Below the pieces are notes generated by a model that was not told the DNA's origin, searched no databases, and saw only the letters and a program-made list of their open reading frames with translations. 32,000 nt of DNA, taken from assembly GCF_000582535.1 (NCBI RefSeq), contig NZ_CP006932.1:360001-392000 (forward strand), in the 5' to 3' direction. This document shows, one piece after another, positions 8,416-19,935 of this stretch (its first letter is position 1; each line of letters opens with the position of its first letter). The DNA is from Candidatus Saccharimonadota bacterium. Its GTDB lineage: Bacteria; Bacillota_I; Bacilli_A; Mycoplasmatales; Hepatoplasmataceae. The position numbers and the translations under genes were made by a program.

Positions 8416-9180
8416 TTAACAATTCTTATATTTATATTCGTAAATTTTATAAAGTCTTAAATTATTATCAGAAGCAGAAAAAAGAAAATTTTCAACAATA
8501 TCAACAAATATTCTCTCGCTCTGATGCCCAATTTCTAATATATTTAAATTATTATCAGAAGCAAAGATTCAATGATGATGCTTTAATTCCCCAATTATAT
8601 ATAAAGCATCTTTTTCTTTTATTTTTTCTAATAAATCTCCCGAAGCTCCTGATCCAATAATTAATTTTTTAATTTTCTGATCTTTTATGAAAAGATTTGT
8701 TTTAAAAGGATCATATTTTAACTGCAAATTTAAACGAACAAATTTTATAAAATCTTTAAATAAAAATTCTTTATTTAAAATACAACTAATTGCTTTTTTA
8801 TCATCAATTAATTTAATTTTTCTACAATCTAATTTTTTTGCTTGATTATAAGGAATTGAATCAATATCAAAATCAATATTTGTATGTAAAACATAAAAAT
8901 TTATTCCTAAATCTTTTAATAATTGATATTTTTTTTGAAGAATTGGATCTTTTGCTAAAAGTTCTTTTTTATTTCCAAAAAATAGCGGATGATGAGCTAT
9001 TATTAAATCTATTTTATATTCCTTTAATTCATTTATAAAATCATCAGTAAAATCTAAACATATCAATATGTTATTAATTTGATCTTTTCCTTTTACTTGT
9101 AATCCGATAAAATCATCTTTAAAAGCTCTTTTTTTATCATATTTTGCTTCGATTATTTTTATTACTTGTTGTAATTTCAT
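8416..9180 (-). CDS. Nif3-family (YqfO-like) metal-binding protein
   Basis: Contains LICLDFT..DLIIAHHPLFF.., then ELKHHHW..EIGHQSE after joining across TGA 8569. The stop is TAA 8416-8418. It lies downstream of trmK, as in B. subtilis (sigA-trmK-yqfO). Confidence 0.8.
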
Positions 9181-9181
9181 A

Positions 9182-9829
9182 TTATTTTAATTTATTGCTT
9201 AAATATATTTTTGCTAATTCTTTATGTTCTTCTTTTTTACTTTTAAGAAAAATATTTTGAAAATAAATACCCTTTTGATAGAAAAATTGACTAATTACTT
9301 TATTATTTTTCTTGATTAATATTGGTCCTAATACTAAATCTCTTTGATTATATTTTAAAACTTTATACTGTTTTTTTGCTTTGATTATTATTGAATATAT
9401 ATTATTTTCATATATTAATTTTTCATCTTCAATCTTAAATTTGTTATCGTACAAAAATTTCCGTAGTATTGCTTCATTATTTGTTGGATTAAGAATTAAT
9501 ATTGCATTATCATTATAATTTTTTAAAATAATTTCAATTGTTTTTCCACCTAAACCAGCAATGATTATATATTGATAAGAAGCAATATCAATAATATTTT
9601 CAAATCCATTGCTTTTGATAAATTTTAATGTTTCTAAATCTTTATAATCAATTAATGTTTTTTTTGCTTGTAAAAGTGGTTTTGTATTAATATCTGTTGC
9701 TGTAATTTTATCAGTTATTTTATTTTTTAAAAGATATAAAGGAATATAACCATGATCAGTACCGATATCTAAAACTTGACTATTTTTGCTGATATAGTCA
9801 GCAATTTCAATAATTCTCCCCTTAAACAT
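9182..9829 (-). CDS. trmK: tRNA (adenine22-N1)-methyltransferase TrmK
   Basis: Contains VLDIGTDHGYIPLYLL..ATDIN..IIIAGLGGKTI. Its ATG overlaps the rpoD stop (TAATG). Confidence 0.8.
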   Translation of the reverse strand: MFKGRIIEIADYISKNSQVLDIGTDHGYIPLYLLKNKITDKITATDINTKPLLQAKKTLIDYKDLETLKFIKSNGFENIIDIASYQYIIIAGLGGKTIEIILKNYNDNAILILNPTNNEAILRKFLYDNKFKIEDEKLIYENNIYSIIIKAKKQYKVLKYNQRDLVLGPILIKKNNKVISQFFYQKGIYFQNIFLKSKKEEHKELAKIYLSNKLK

Positions 9830-11259
9830 TAATATTCCTTAAAGTGCTCAAGATCTTTTTTTGCTTTATCTTTTAGTTTCTTCATTGCTTTTGATTCTAT
9901 TTGTCTGATTCTTTCTCGCGTTACACCAAACATTTCGCCAATTTCTTCCAATGTTTTTCTTTGATTTATTTCTTCTGATCCTTCAATCAAACCATTTCTT
10001 AGTCTTATTACTTCAATTTCTCTTTTATTAAGATATTTCGGTAAAATTTCATTAATTTTATGAATTATTTCTTTACTTTTTGCATAATCATCAGGAGCGA
10101 TAACTCTTTTATCTTCAATAAAATCATATAAAAAAGATTCACCATCAGATCCAATTGATTTATCTAATGAAGATGGATCAATATTTAAAAGTCTTATTTG
10201 ATTAATTTTATCAGGAGAAATTTCATTATTCATTGCTTTTGAAATCTCCTCATCTGTTGGTTTTCTTCCATATTCTTGTGTTAATTCTCGTGTAATTTTT
10301 GATAATTTATTAATAGTTTCAACCATATGAACAGGAATTCTTACAGAGCGAGCTTGATCTGCAATTGCCCTTGTAATTGCTTGTCTAATTCATCAAGTCG
10401 CATAAGTTGATATTTTATAACCCTTTTTATACTCAAACTTATTAATTGCTCTTATTAATCCATTATTTCCTTCTGATATTAAATCAGCAAAAGGAAGTCC
10501 TCTTCCTTTATATTTTTTTGCTATATTAATTACTAGTCGTAAATTATGATTTATAATTTTTTTTCTAGCTTCATCACCATCAATTTGTTCGTCTTTTGTT
10601 GCATTTTTTTTAAGACCTTTTTCCATTTGTATTACAAGTTCGATTTCTTGCTCAGAAGTTAAAAGATCTCCATATTTTCCCACTCAACGCATATATCATT
10701 TAATATGATCATTTGGTTCGCTTAGATTATTATTTAAATCATTATCAGAATAATTAATGCGCTCTTCCGTAGATTCATCAATAATATCATCAAAAATATT
10801 ATCTAATTCCAATGTTTTTTCATCTTCTAAATCTCGATTAATAACACCACGTTCAATTAATAATTCGAAAAAATCATCTGTATCTGTTTCATCTAATTTA
10901 ATTTTATTTTTTTCTAAAAAATTATAAACCTCACTTTGTGTAAGATAATCTTTTTTTAGTCTTTTTTTTAATTTTTCTAATGAATTAAAAATTGTTTTAT
11001 ATTCATTATAAAGTAATGTATTTAATTTCTCGCTTTGATTTATAATATCATTTTCATTTGTTTCACTTGTTTCATCGATAGAACTTTTTTTGTTTCGATA
11101 ATATGCAATTTTTGTTGAATATTCAATTAAATCATCTTTTGAATCATTAGAACCATATTTTATATTATTAAAATTTAAATGTTCGTGTAATTCCTCTTTA
11201 GTCATCGTATTTGCGACTTTTTTGGTAATCTTACCTTTTTTAACTTTGTTATCAGTCAT
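9829..11259 (-). CDS. rpoD: Primary RNA polymerase sigma factor
   Basis: Three track pieces lie in one frame. The junctions read [18 protein letters not shown] and [31 protein letters not shown], the latter across two consecutive TGA codons at 10390-10395. Region 4 reads [20 protein letters not shown]. Confidence 0.95.
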
Positions 11260-11366
11260 ATTTTTTGTTCCAGTAAATATTAATTAATTTCCTTAAGTAA
11301 ATAAAAATTAGTATTTTTATTATACTAAAAAAAGCAAACTAAAAAGGAAAAATAAACTATCTAAAC

Positions 11367-13208
11367 TTAAGATATCTTAAGTTTATTGATCATATAATTG
11401 TATTCTTCATCATCATTTGCATTGATATTTTCTATGAATTTTTTTTTATGCTTCTCTTTATTTATTATTCTCCATTTTTCATGTAAGTTCGAAATAAAAT
11501 CCTCTACATTAATATTCTTTATTGTTTTTAATAAATTCTCATTTTTTATATTCTCTTGGAAATTTTCTAATAAGCTTTTAATAATATTTTCTTCTCTTTG
11601 TGATGAAAATTTTTGTAAAAGCGTTTTTAAATAATTAATTTTATCATCATTAGATTTTAATAAAGCTTTATTATTTTTAAATAAATCAAAAATTTCTTTG
11701 TAATATTTATTTATAAATATGAAATTTTCAAAAATTAAATTATTAAAAAAAGAAGAGGATAGTAAAGAATAAAGCAAAAATTTAAATTCTTCTTGATAGT
11801 ATTTTCCCAAATATTTATTAAGTGTGTTATTTAAAGATGAAAAATTTTTATTTTTATTAATATTTGTTATTTTTAAATTTATTTTATTATTAATAATAAT
11901 TTCTTTTTTAACAAGGGGTTTAAAATTTAAATTTTGTATAAATGAATTAATAAAATCTTTACCGAATTTTTCTTTAATTTTTAGCAAAATAATTTCTTTT
12001 TTAACAAGATCATTATAAGATAAAACTATTAATAATATTTCTTTTAATTTTTCTTCTGTAAGCGTTTCTAATTTCTCTTTTACAATCACTTTTTGATAAT
12101 AAAAATCAAGAAAAGAAATTTTATTATCTTCAAAATATTTTTTATTGATATTTAAATTATTATTAATTATTTCATCAATATCTTTTCCATCAGAAAAATT
12201 TATTACTGATAAATTTATATTATGGTTTTTAAGAATATTATATGTTTTAATTGTTGTTTGAATTCCTGCTTGATCATTATCAAAAGAAAGAATAAAGTTT
12301 TTTGTAAATGATTTTAATTTATCAATATGATTTATATTAAAAGCCGTACCCATTGAAGCAACAACATTTTTTATTCCAATTTTATAAAAAGAAATTACAT
12401 CCATAAAACCTTCTACAATTATGACATTATCTTTTAATAAAATTTCTTCTGTTGCATTGTTTAAGTTATAAATAATTTTACTTTTATTAAAAAGTAAATT
12501 TTGACTAGAATTTAAATATTTAATTGGACTTTTTTGATCAATAACTCTTCCAGAGAATCCTAAAACATCATTAAATTGATTAAAAATTGGAAAAATTAAA
12601 CGATTAAAAAAAAGATCTCTTAAATTTCCATTATTATTTTTTATCAAACTGGCTCGAAGAATTTCTTGTTCTTTGAAATTTTTTTTTAATAAATATTTTT
12701 TTAAGCCATCGTTGCTTCCTGCTCAACCAATATTAAAAACTTCAATTAATTTTTCTGTAAATTTTCTTTCATTTAAATAATCTTTCAGTTTTTTATTTTT
12801 TTCAATCTCAATCTGTAAGTTATATTTATAAAAATTTAAAGCTTCTAAATTAATATTCTTAATTTCCTTAATTTTTGGATCTTCTTGTCTTTCTTTTTTA
12901 ACAAAATAATCATTCCAATTTAAATTAAAATCTTCACTAATAATTTTAATTGCCTCTAAATAATTAACTTTTTTATATTTTTGAACAAAGGTAATTGCAT
13001 TTCCTCCAACATTACAAACAAAACATTTAAAAATTTTTTTTGTACTAGATATAGATAATGAGGGATTACTATCTTGATGAAAAGGACAAATTGCAACAAA
13101 ACTATTACCTTTTTTTTCAAGCGAAATATAATGCGAAATCACATCTTCGATATTTAAATCATTAGTTATTTTTTCTATAAGTTCATTTAAATCTTTTTTT
13201 GCTGTCAT
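11367..13208 (-). CDS. dnaG: DNA primase
   Basis: It has the CHC2 zinc finger CPFHQDSNPSLSIS..FKCFVCNVGGNAITFV and the TOPRIM motifs VIIVEGFMDVIS and FDNDQAG. The pieces join across TGA 12723. Confidence 0.9.
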
Positions 13209-13227
13209 TTTCTCTTAAAATTCTAAA

Positions 13228-14583
13228 TTATTTTAATTTATCTTTTATAAAATCTTCAATCTCGGATATTTTAATTCTTGTTTGATTTTTTGTATCTCGT
13301 TCTCTTATTGTAACTTTCTGATCTTTTTCTGTTTCAAAATCAATTGTAATTATAAAAAATGTTCCAATTTCATCTTGCTTACGATAACGTTTACCAATTG
13401 AACCACCAGTTTGTAAAGTAATTGCTCCAAAATTACTTTTTTTCAATTTTAATAATAATTCTTCACCTTTTTGATTAAGCTTGTCTGTAAGCGGACAAAT
13501 TGCAATTTTATAAGGAGAAAGAAAGAAAGGTAATTTTAAAATATTTCTCTTTTCTTCTTTAATGTATAAATTATCAAAAATAGCAAATAATAATCTTTCA
13601 ACCCCAATTGATGTTTCAATAATATAAGGAGTAATTCATTCATTTTTATTTGTATCAAAATATTGCAAACGTTTTTTTGAAAATTTACTGTGGTTTTTTA
13701 AATCAAAATCCCCGCGATTTGCAATTCCCAATAATTCTTTTTTTCCAAAAGGAAATTCATATTCATAATCAATTGTTTTTTTTGAATAATGAGCTAATTT
13801 ATTTTTCGGAACATTATATTTTATTAATTGCTCTTTTTTAAATCCAAGATTAATTAAAAATTGATCAATTAAATCTAAATATTTCGAAAAATCTTGTTCT
13901 GCTTGATTAGGATAAGTAAAATATTCTAATTCCAATTGTTCAAATTCTTTTGTTCGAAAAATGAAATTTTTTGGTGTAATTTCATTCCGAAAAGATTTAC
14001 CAACTTGTCCAATTCCAAATGGTAATTTTAAATTAAAAGAATCACAAATATTTTTAAAATTTATGAAAATTCCTTGTGCTGTTTCTGGTCTAAAATAAAC
14101 TTCATTTGTTTTTGAATCTATTTTTGAATAATTAGTTTTAAACATTAAATCAAAATTAGAAATATTTGATCATTTTGTTTTATCTTGATATTTTTTTAAT
14201 TTAATTTCATTTTTGATTATTTTTTCTGCTTCTTCAATTTTTAAATCTTCAAAAACATAATTTGTATATTCTTCAATTAATTCATCTACACGATAAATAC
14301 TATTATCATTTAAACAAGTGATAACATAATCTTTAAATTTCTTTAAATGTCCTGATGCTTCTCATACTTTTGGACTTAAAATAATTGATGAATCAAAATA
14401 ATAATTATTTTGTTGTAGGTCAATAAAAAAGTGATTAAAATAATTTTTTAAATTAATTTTAATCATTGCCCCTAATGGACCAAAATCTCACGTATTTGCA
14501 AGACCTCCATAAATTATTGAACTAGGGTAAATAAATCCTTTTTCTTTTAAATAAATTATTAAATCATCGATTTTTTTATTCAT
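13228..14583 (-). CDS. glyQS: Glycine--tRNA ligase (dimeric class II type)
   Basis: Starts at ATG 14583 ([38 protein letters not shown]..). Track pieces 13636..14145 and 13228..13446 are in the same frame, and the sequence contains FRNEITP and RPETAQG. Confidence 0.9.
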
Positions 14584-15388
14584 TTTTTACTCCTTTTTTG
14601 AATATTTTTCTAATAAAAATTTGTAATCTTTTTCGAAATAAGAAAAAAATAACAAGATATAATAATGTTAAATATAAAATAAAAATTACAAGAAGATAAA
14701 TTGGAAAATACTGATAACTTAAAATTGTATATGGGTAAATACGAAAATAATCATAATCAATTGTTCCAGGTTCAATTGAAACTGTTGGTAATACAAAAGC
14801 CATTGTTTCTACAAAAAATAGATAAAATAAAAGATAAATCGAACCATATAATAGTAATTTAAATCTTTTTTGATTTAATTTTTCTGTTTCTTCTTTAGTT
14901 ATAAAATTAAGTTCAATTATAAGTAATATTGGAACAATAAAATGTAATATAAAACTTTCAAGTCCAGGAACAATAATCGGTTCACTTTTCCCACTATAAT
15001 AAGTCGATCCTACATAATCAGGAAAAGCATCAAAATTTATAACATCAATTCAAGAAAAAAAATAAATTGGAATAAATAAAAAAACAACAGCAAAAAAGAC
15101 AAAAATTAATCAAGAATTTACAGAATATCTTAATCTTATATTTGCAATTTTACTTAAAAAATTATTATTTTTTAAAAAGAAAAAGAAAAGTAATAATCCA
15201 TAATAAATAAAAACAGTTCAATTTGTTCAAAAAGTAAGAAATAAATAGTAATACTTATAATAAACTGTATAAGTTTCTGTAAATGAACCAATAAGTGATA
15301 AAAGAACGCCAATTCCAGAAGCAATAAAAATTGAAATTCAAATTCATTTAGTAATATTTTTTATTTGAAAATTTTTTTGTTCTTTCAT
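14576..15388 (-). CDS. Hypothetical polytopic membrane protein (270 aa)
   Basis: I translated it codon by codon from ATG 15388. It has 7 TGA Trp codons and several long hydrophobic segments. The stop TAA 14576-14578 overlaps the glyQS start by 8 nt. No family was recognised. Confidence 0.6.
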
Positions 15389-15424
15389 TAATAGCCTACA
15401 AAGTCAATTATAAAATTTATTTAA

Positions 15425-16135
15425 CTATCAATGAAAATTAATTTGATATCCTAAGACATCATTAAAATAATTTGCATATAATGAAAGCAAAATTTTTTCT
15501 TCAGAAAATGATAAAGTAATGCTATTTATTTTTTTTACATTTTTTATTTTAAATAACGGAATTATTTTTTTAATTAAATCCGAACTCATCAATTTAATAT
15601 TTTTATTTAAATCATTTTTACAAATTAATCCTCCTTCTTCAAAGGAAAATGAAGCAATTTGTGAATTACGGTTACATATTACACATTTTTTTAATTCAAT
15701 ATATACATCTTTTGCAATTAAAATTTGTGTAAGTAAGTAAACTAGATTTAAATTTCAATTTAAAATTCCAACATCAAAATTATTAAACAAATAATATATT
15801 GTATTATAAAATTGTTTATTTAAATCTCCTTCTGTAAAAATTAAAAGTTGATTAATAATATTTATAAAATTTAAATGACTTGCTTTTTGCTTATAATCAA
15901 ATAAAATTTGTTCTCCTGTTTTTAAAAGTCCATAGTCATTTAATGGACTTGAAAAATACTCTGTTTTTATAAAGTTACTAATCTTAAAACGATGAATATT
16001 TTTTGATTCATCTTTAAAAAAACCTTTTGCTCTTAAAGTTAATTTTTGTCCTGTTGGTCTTATAAAATAAAGCATTGCCTCATATTCTTGATATTCTTTT
16101 ATGTAATATAAATATAAAACTTCTTTTTTATACAT
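15425..16135 (-). CDS. recO: DNA repair protein RecO
   Basis: The N-terminal OB-like region (track ORF) joins across TGA 15755 to a C-terminal part with the Cys cluster CVICNRN..GGLIC. It lies just downstream of era. The stop is TAG 15425-15427. Confidence 0.7.
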
Positions 16136-16136
16136 T

Positions 16137-17039
16137 TTATATACCCTTAATTATTGAATCTTTATTTTCTCAATCTTTTTTTACTTTTACAATTAAATTC
16201 AAAAATACTTTTTTATTTTCAAAATATTTTTCAATCTCTTTTCTTGCATTTTCACCTATTTGTTTAATTTTTATCCCCTCTTTTCCAATCACAATTCTTT
16301 TAAGTGATTCACGATTTACAATAATATCAGCTTCAATTGAAATTAATTTATTTTTAATACTAATATTTTTTAATTGAACAAAAATATTATGAGGAATTTC
16401 TTCATTTAAATAAAGAAGAATTTTTTCCCTGATTATTTCTTGAATATAAAATTGATCAGATCCACCTTTAAAATCTTTCTCACTATAATGAAAAATGTTA
16501 TCGGTTAAATCACTTTTAATTTCTTCTATAAGTAAATCAATATTAAGATTTTTAAGTCCAGAAATCGGAATTATTTTGTCAAAGTAATTAAGTTGAAATA
16601 TTGCTTGTACTAATTCCTTAAGTTCATTCCCTTCATCACCTTTAATTAAATCTATTTTTGTAATAATACAATATTTTTTTGGAAAATTTTTTTCTGTTCC
16701 TAAATTTAATAATGTAATTTTTCTTAAATAATCATCATCAAATTTTTCTCAAAATGGAATTAAAAACAATATAATGTCTACACCTATTAATGATTCTTTA
16801 ATTCTTTTTTGCATTTCTAAATTTAATTTTGTTTTATATTCACTTAAAAATCCTGGTGTATCTATAAAAACAATTTGAACATTCTCGCGATTATAAATTC
16901 CTCTAATTTGATTTCTTGTTGTATTTTTGCGATGTGTTGCAATTGAAACTTTACGATCAATAATTTTATTAATTAAAGTTGATTTACCAACATTTGGTTT
17001 TCCAATAATTGTAACAAATCCGGATTTTTTTTCTTCCAT
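16137..17039 (-). CDS. era: GTPase Era
   Basis: Contains the GTPase motifs [14 protein letters not shown] and TKID plus a KH-domain tail. It joins across TGA 16749 and a second TGA near the C-terminus. The stop is TAA 16137-16139. Confidence 0.9.
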
Positions 17040-17056
17040 TTTTTAACTAAAATTCC

Positions 17057-17482
17057 TTATTTTTTTAATAAAAGATAATATACTGCCTGCATATTTTGCG
17101 GTGTTGAATCATCACTAAAACTCTCTTGAATTGCAGGAATAAATATTATTAAACCAACAATAATTGCAATTAAAGTTATAAAAAGTGTCGCCATTGCTGC
17201 TACATCTTTTATTTTTTTTGCCTTTACATTATATTCAAAAGAAACAACATCAACCAAATATTCAATTGCTGTATTAAAAATTTCAAATCCAATTACAAGT
17301 CCAATCATTGTAATAATAATTGCTCATTCAACTGTAGATAATTCAAAAATAACACCAAAAACTATCACTATAAATGAAACAAAAAAATGAACTCATAAAG
17401 AATTTTCTTCTTTAATTATTACTCAAAATCCATGTAGGGCATTATTAAATTTACGATAAAGACGTTTAAATCAATTAATCAT
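17057..17482 (-). CDS. dgkA: Diacylglycerol kinase / undecaprenol kinase family membrane protein
   Basis: MINWFKRLYRKFNNALHGFWVIIKEENSLWVHF..FEIFNTAIEYLVD. ATG 17482 overlaps the ybeY stop by 8 nt. Confidence 0.8.
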
Positions 17483-17945
17483 TTTCTCTTATTTTTAACT
17501 TTTTGAAAAGATCCTTTTGCCGATTTATCATTTTTTCTTCATCTAGTGAATTTAAATGATCATAACCTATTAAATGAAGCAATCCATGCATAAATAAAAA
17601 CAAAAATTCAGTATCCTGATTAGAATTAATTGATCTTGCTTGTTCTTCAATTAAATCACCATTAATAAATATATCACCCAAATCATAAATATTATCAAAT
17701 AACTCATTTTGTGGAAATGATAATACATCTGTTTCTTTATCAATTTTACGATATTCTTTGTTTAATTTTTTTATTTTTTCACCCTTAATTATATTAAGAG
17801 AAACTACAAAATTACTTTTTTGTTTTAATTCTTTTACAACTTCTAATAATAATTTATAAAGTTTATCTTTATTATTTGTAAATAAAGATGATTTATCTAC
17901 AACATCACAATTAAAAGTAATTTCAACATTAGCAAAAATATTCAT
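17475..17945 (-). CDS. ybeY: rRNA maturation endoribonuclease YbeY
   Basis: 156 aa containing the metal-binding motif HGLLHLIGYDH. Confidence 0.9.
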   Translation of the reverse strand: MNIFANVEITFNCDVVDKSSLFTNNKDKLYKLLLEVVKELKQKSNFVVSLNIIKGEKIKKLNKEYRKIDKETDVLSFPQNELFDNIYDLGDIFINGDLIEEQARSINSNQDTEFLFLFMHGLLHLIGYDHLNSLDEEKMINRQKDLFKKLKIREND

Positions 17946-17954
17946 ACTTATATT

Positions 17955-18221
17955 TTATAACCTTTTACAAAAATGAGGTGAATCACCTTTTTCTAAATTT
18001 GATTTTCAATGCAAAGGTTGAAGATTTTCAATTTCATCTCCTCCCCCAAAAGCTAGAGGTTTAACATGATCTATTGTTCATCCATATTGATCTTTTAAAT
18101 TGTAATGATCTAATTTAATTTCTCTTCCAAATAAATCTTTACAATTCTTTCTTCCTTTACAATTAGGGTCATTATTTCAAACATCTAATCGTTTATTAAT
18201 AGTAAATTTTTTTCGTTCCAT
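17955..18221 (-). CDS. Small stand-alone HNH endonuclease (88 aa)
   Basis: Hand translation gives ..NCKGRKNCKDLFGREIKLDHYNLKDQYGWTIDHVKPLAFGGGDEIENLQPLHWKSNLEKGD... This is an HNH core (DH..P...GG.D...NLQ.L....N..K) with 3 TGA Trp codons. It was not in the track. Confidence 0.75.
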
Positions 18222-18293
18222 TTTAATTTTATTGTAAACTTCTTCATAAATTTATTCTATCAAAAATTAATTAGTGAATTTATTATTAAAAAA

Positions 18294-19046
18294 TTAATTT
18301 TTTTTATTTCACATAAAAATTCCATATAAAGCATTAAAAAAGTATGTAATAGCAAGAATTAAAGAAATAAAAAGAGTTGTTTTTTCTGAACCTTCTTGTC
18401 CTCCAAAAGAAAATAATAATAAACAAAACATTATGATTTTTACAGTATTTAAAATTGTATAAAGAAAAAAAGTTTCGCGATACCTCATCATTGAAAAAGA
18501 AAACGCAATTACTGCAATAGAAGCACTAAAAGCATCTAAAGCAATTTGATAAATTGGAATATCATCATTTGAAACTCCAATTAAATCAATTACAATATAT
18601 CCTGTAAAAACTCCTAAACCAATAGTAAGAATTGCAATTATTGTAACTAATAAAATTCCTTGTCAAAAATTAAGTTTTCTTGTTTTAATTAGCTTTTCTT
18701 TTGTAAATCCCTCTTTTTTTCAATTTATTCCTGCAAAAATAAGAATAATAGGAATAATTATCACATTTACAATTGCAAGAGCATAATTTCCCGTAGCAAA
18801 CATTACAGAACCATAAAAACATGCATCAATTAAAAGTAAAATTCACGCATATCGATATCTTTTGGAAAGAGCAAGAGCTGCAATTACACCAATAAAAATA
18901 TCTGCATAAATTAAATAAGTATCTCATGTGTTAGTATCAAGATTTGAAAAAATAAAATAACTAGAAGCAATCGTACAGAAAAGAAAAAGAATAATTTCAA
19001 TTCAATTTACCTTAATTTTTTTATTCTTTTGAAGATTTTCCTTCAT
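18294..19046 (-). CDS. pnuC: PnuC-like nicotinamide riboside transporter family membrane protein (paralog 1)
   Basis: A 250-aa multi-TM protein. Features: VNWIEIILF.., FAGINWKKEGF at mid-protein, LDAF..MMRYRE, and the C-terminus ALYGIFMWNKKN. The track stop at 18309 is a TGA; the true stop is TAA 18294-18296. The family call is by eye. Confidence 0.5.
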
Positions 19047-19081
19047 TTATTTTTTTTCCTTTCTAAATATTTATAAAGGAT

Positions 19082-19726
19082 TTATAATAATTCATATTTA
19101 TCTAAATTATCATTATTTTGATAATTTGGTTTTGTTGTTATTAGATTTTCTCTTGATAATTTTTTGAATACTTTTTTTTCTGTAAAACTTAAAATTCTAT
19201 TCACAAATTTTTCTGGTTCAAATAAAGGATGGACTAAAATTGAATTTATTCTTAAAATATTAGCTACAAAAATATCCGTAATAATCATATCACCAATTAC
19301 TACTATTTCTGAATTTCGATATTTTCCCTGAAATTTCTCTTCAATAAATCTTTTTGTTTTACGAGGAAAAGGTTTTTTTGCATTAGCAATATAATCTTCC
19401 TTGATTCCTAATTTTTCTGCAAAGAATTTAACTCTTTTTTCTGAATTATTTGAAATAATTACAAATTTAAAATCATATTTTTTAATATTTTCTAAAAACT
19501 TGATCGATGAATTAGTTGGAAATTTTCGAAAATGCGGAACTAATGTATTATCTAAATCACAAATAATTAATTTAATTCCTTGATTTTTTAATTCATCAAG
19601 ATCAATATCTAGAATTGAATTAACATAAGTTGAGGGTTTAAAGTAATTTATAAATAAACTCAAAAGAAAAGAAGAATTTTTCTTTTTGAGATTATCATTT
19701 GCTTTTTGCTTTTTTTTTGCTTTCAA
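19082..19726 (-). CDS. yqeG: YqeG-family HAD-IIIA phosphatase
   Basis: Contains IICDLDNTLVPH, VIISNNSEKRVKFFAEKLGI, KKP and VVIGDMIITDI, which closely parallel B. subtilis YqeG. The start is TTG, so it is uncertain. Confidence 0.8.
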   Translation of the reverse strand: MKAKKKQKANDNLKKKNSSFLLSLFINYFKPSTYVNSILDIDLDELKNQGIKLIICDLDNTLVPHFRKFPTNSSIKFLENIKKYDFKFVIISNNSEKRVKFFAEKLGIKEDYIANAKKPFPRKTKRFIEEKFQGKYRNSEIVVIGDMIITDIFVANILRINSILVHPLFEPEKFVNRILSFTEKKVFKKLSRENLITTKPNYQNNDNLDKYELL

Positions 19727-19759
19727 AATAATTAACTATCAATAATTAGTATATAAAAT

Positions 19760-19918
19760 TTATTTTAATTTTGTCTTTTCTTTATGAATTGTATATTGAT
19801 TACATTTCTTGCAAAATTTTTTATATTCTAATTTGTCTGGATGTTTTGTTTTATTTTTATCAATTAAATAATTTAAATTATTACATTGACTACATTGTAA
19901 TAAAATCTTTGTACGCAT
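19760..19918 (-). CDS. rpmG: 50S ribosomal protein L33
   Basis: The 52-aa sequence is MRTKILLQCSQCNNLNYLIDKNKTKHPDKLEYKKFCKKCNQYTIHKEKTKLK. It is too short to appear in the track. Confidence 0.85.
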   Translation of the reverse strand: MRTKILLQCSQCNNLNYLIDKNKTKHPDKLEYKKFCKKCNQYTIHKEKTKLK

Positions 19919-19935
19919 AATAAATTTCTCCTATT

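Noticed and set aside
6292-17945. Possible pseudogenes or frameshifted genes, suggested by the fragmented ORFs for adk, secY, rpoD, dnaG, glyQS, recO, era and dgkA.
   Set aside because: All fragments of each gene are in the same frame and are separated only by TGA codons. With UGA read as Trp they give full-length proteins with conserved motifs spanning the junctions.
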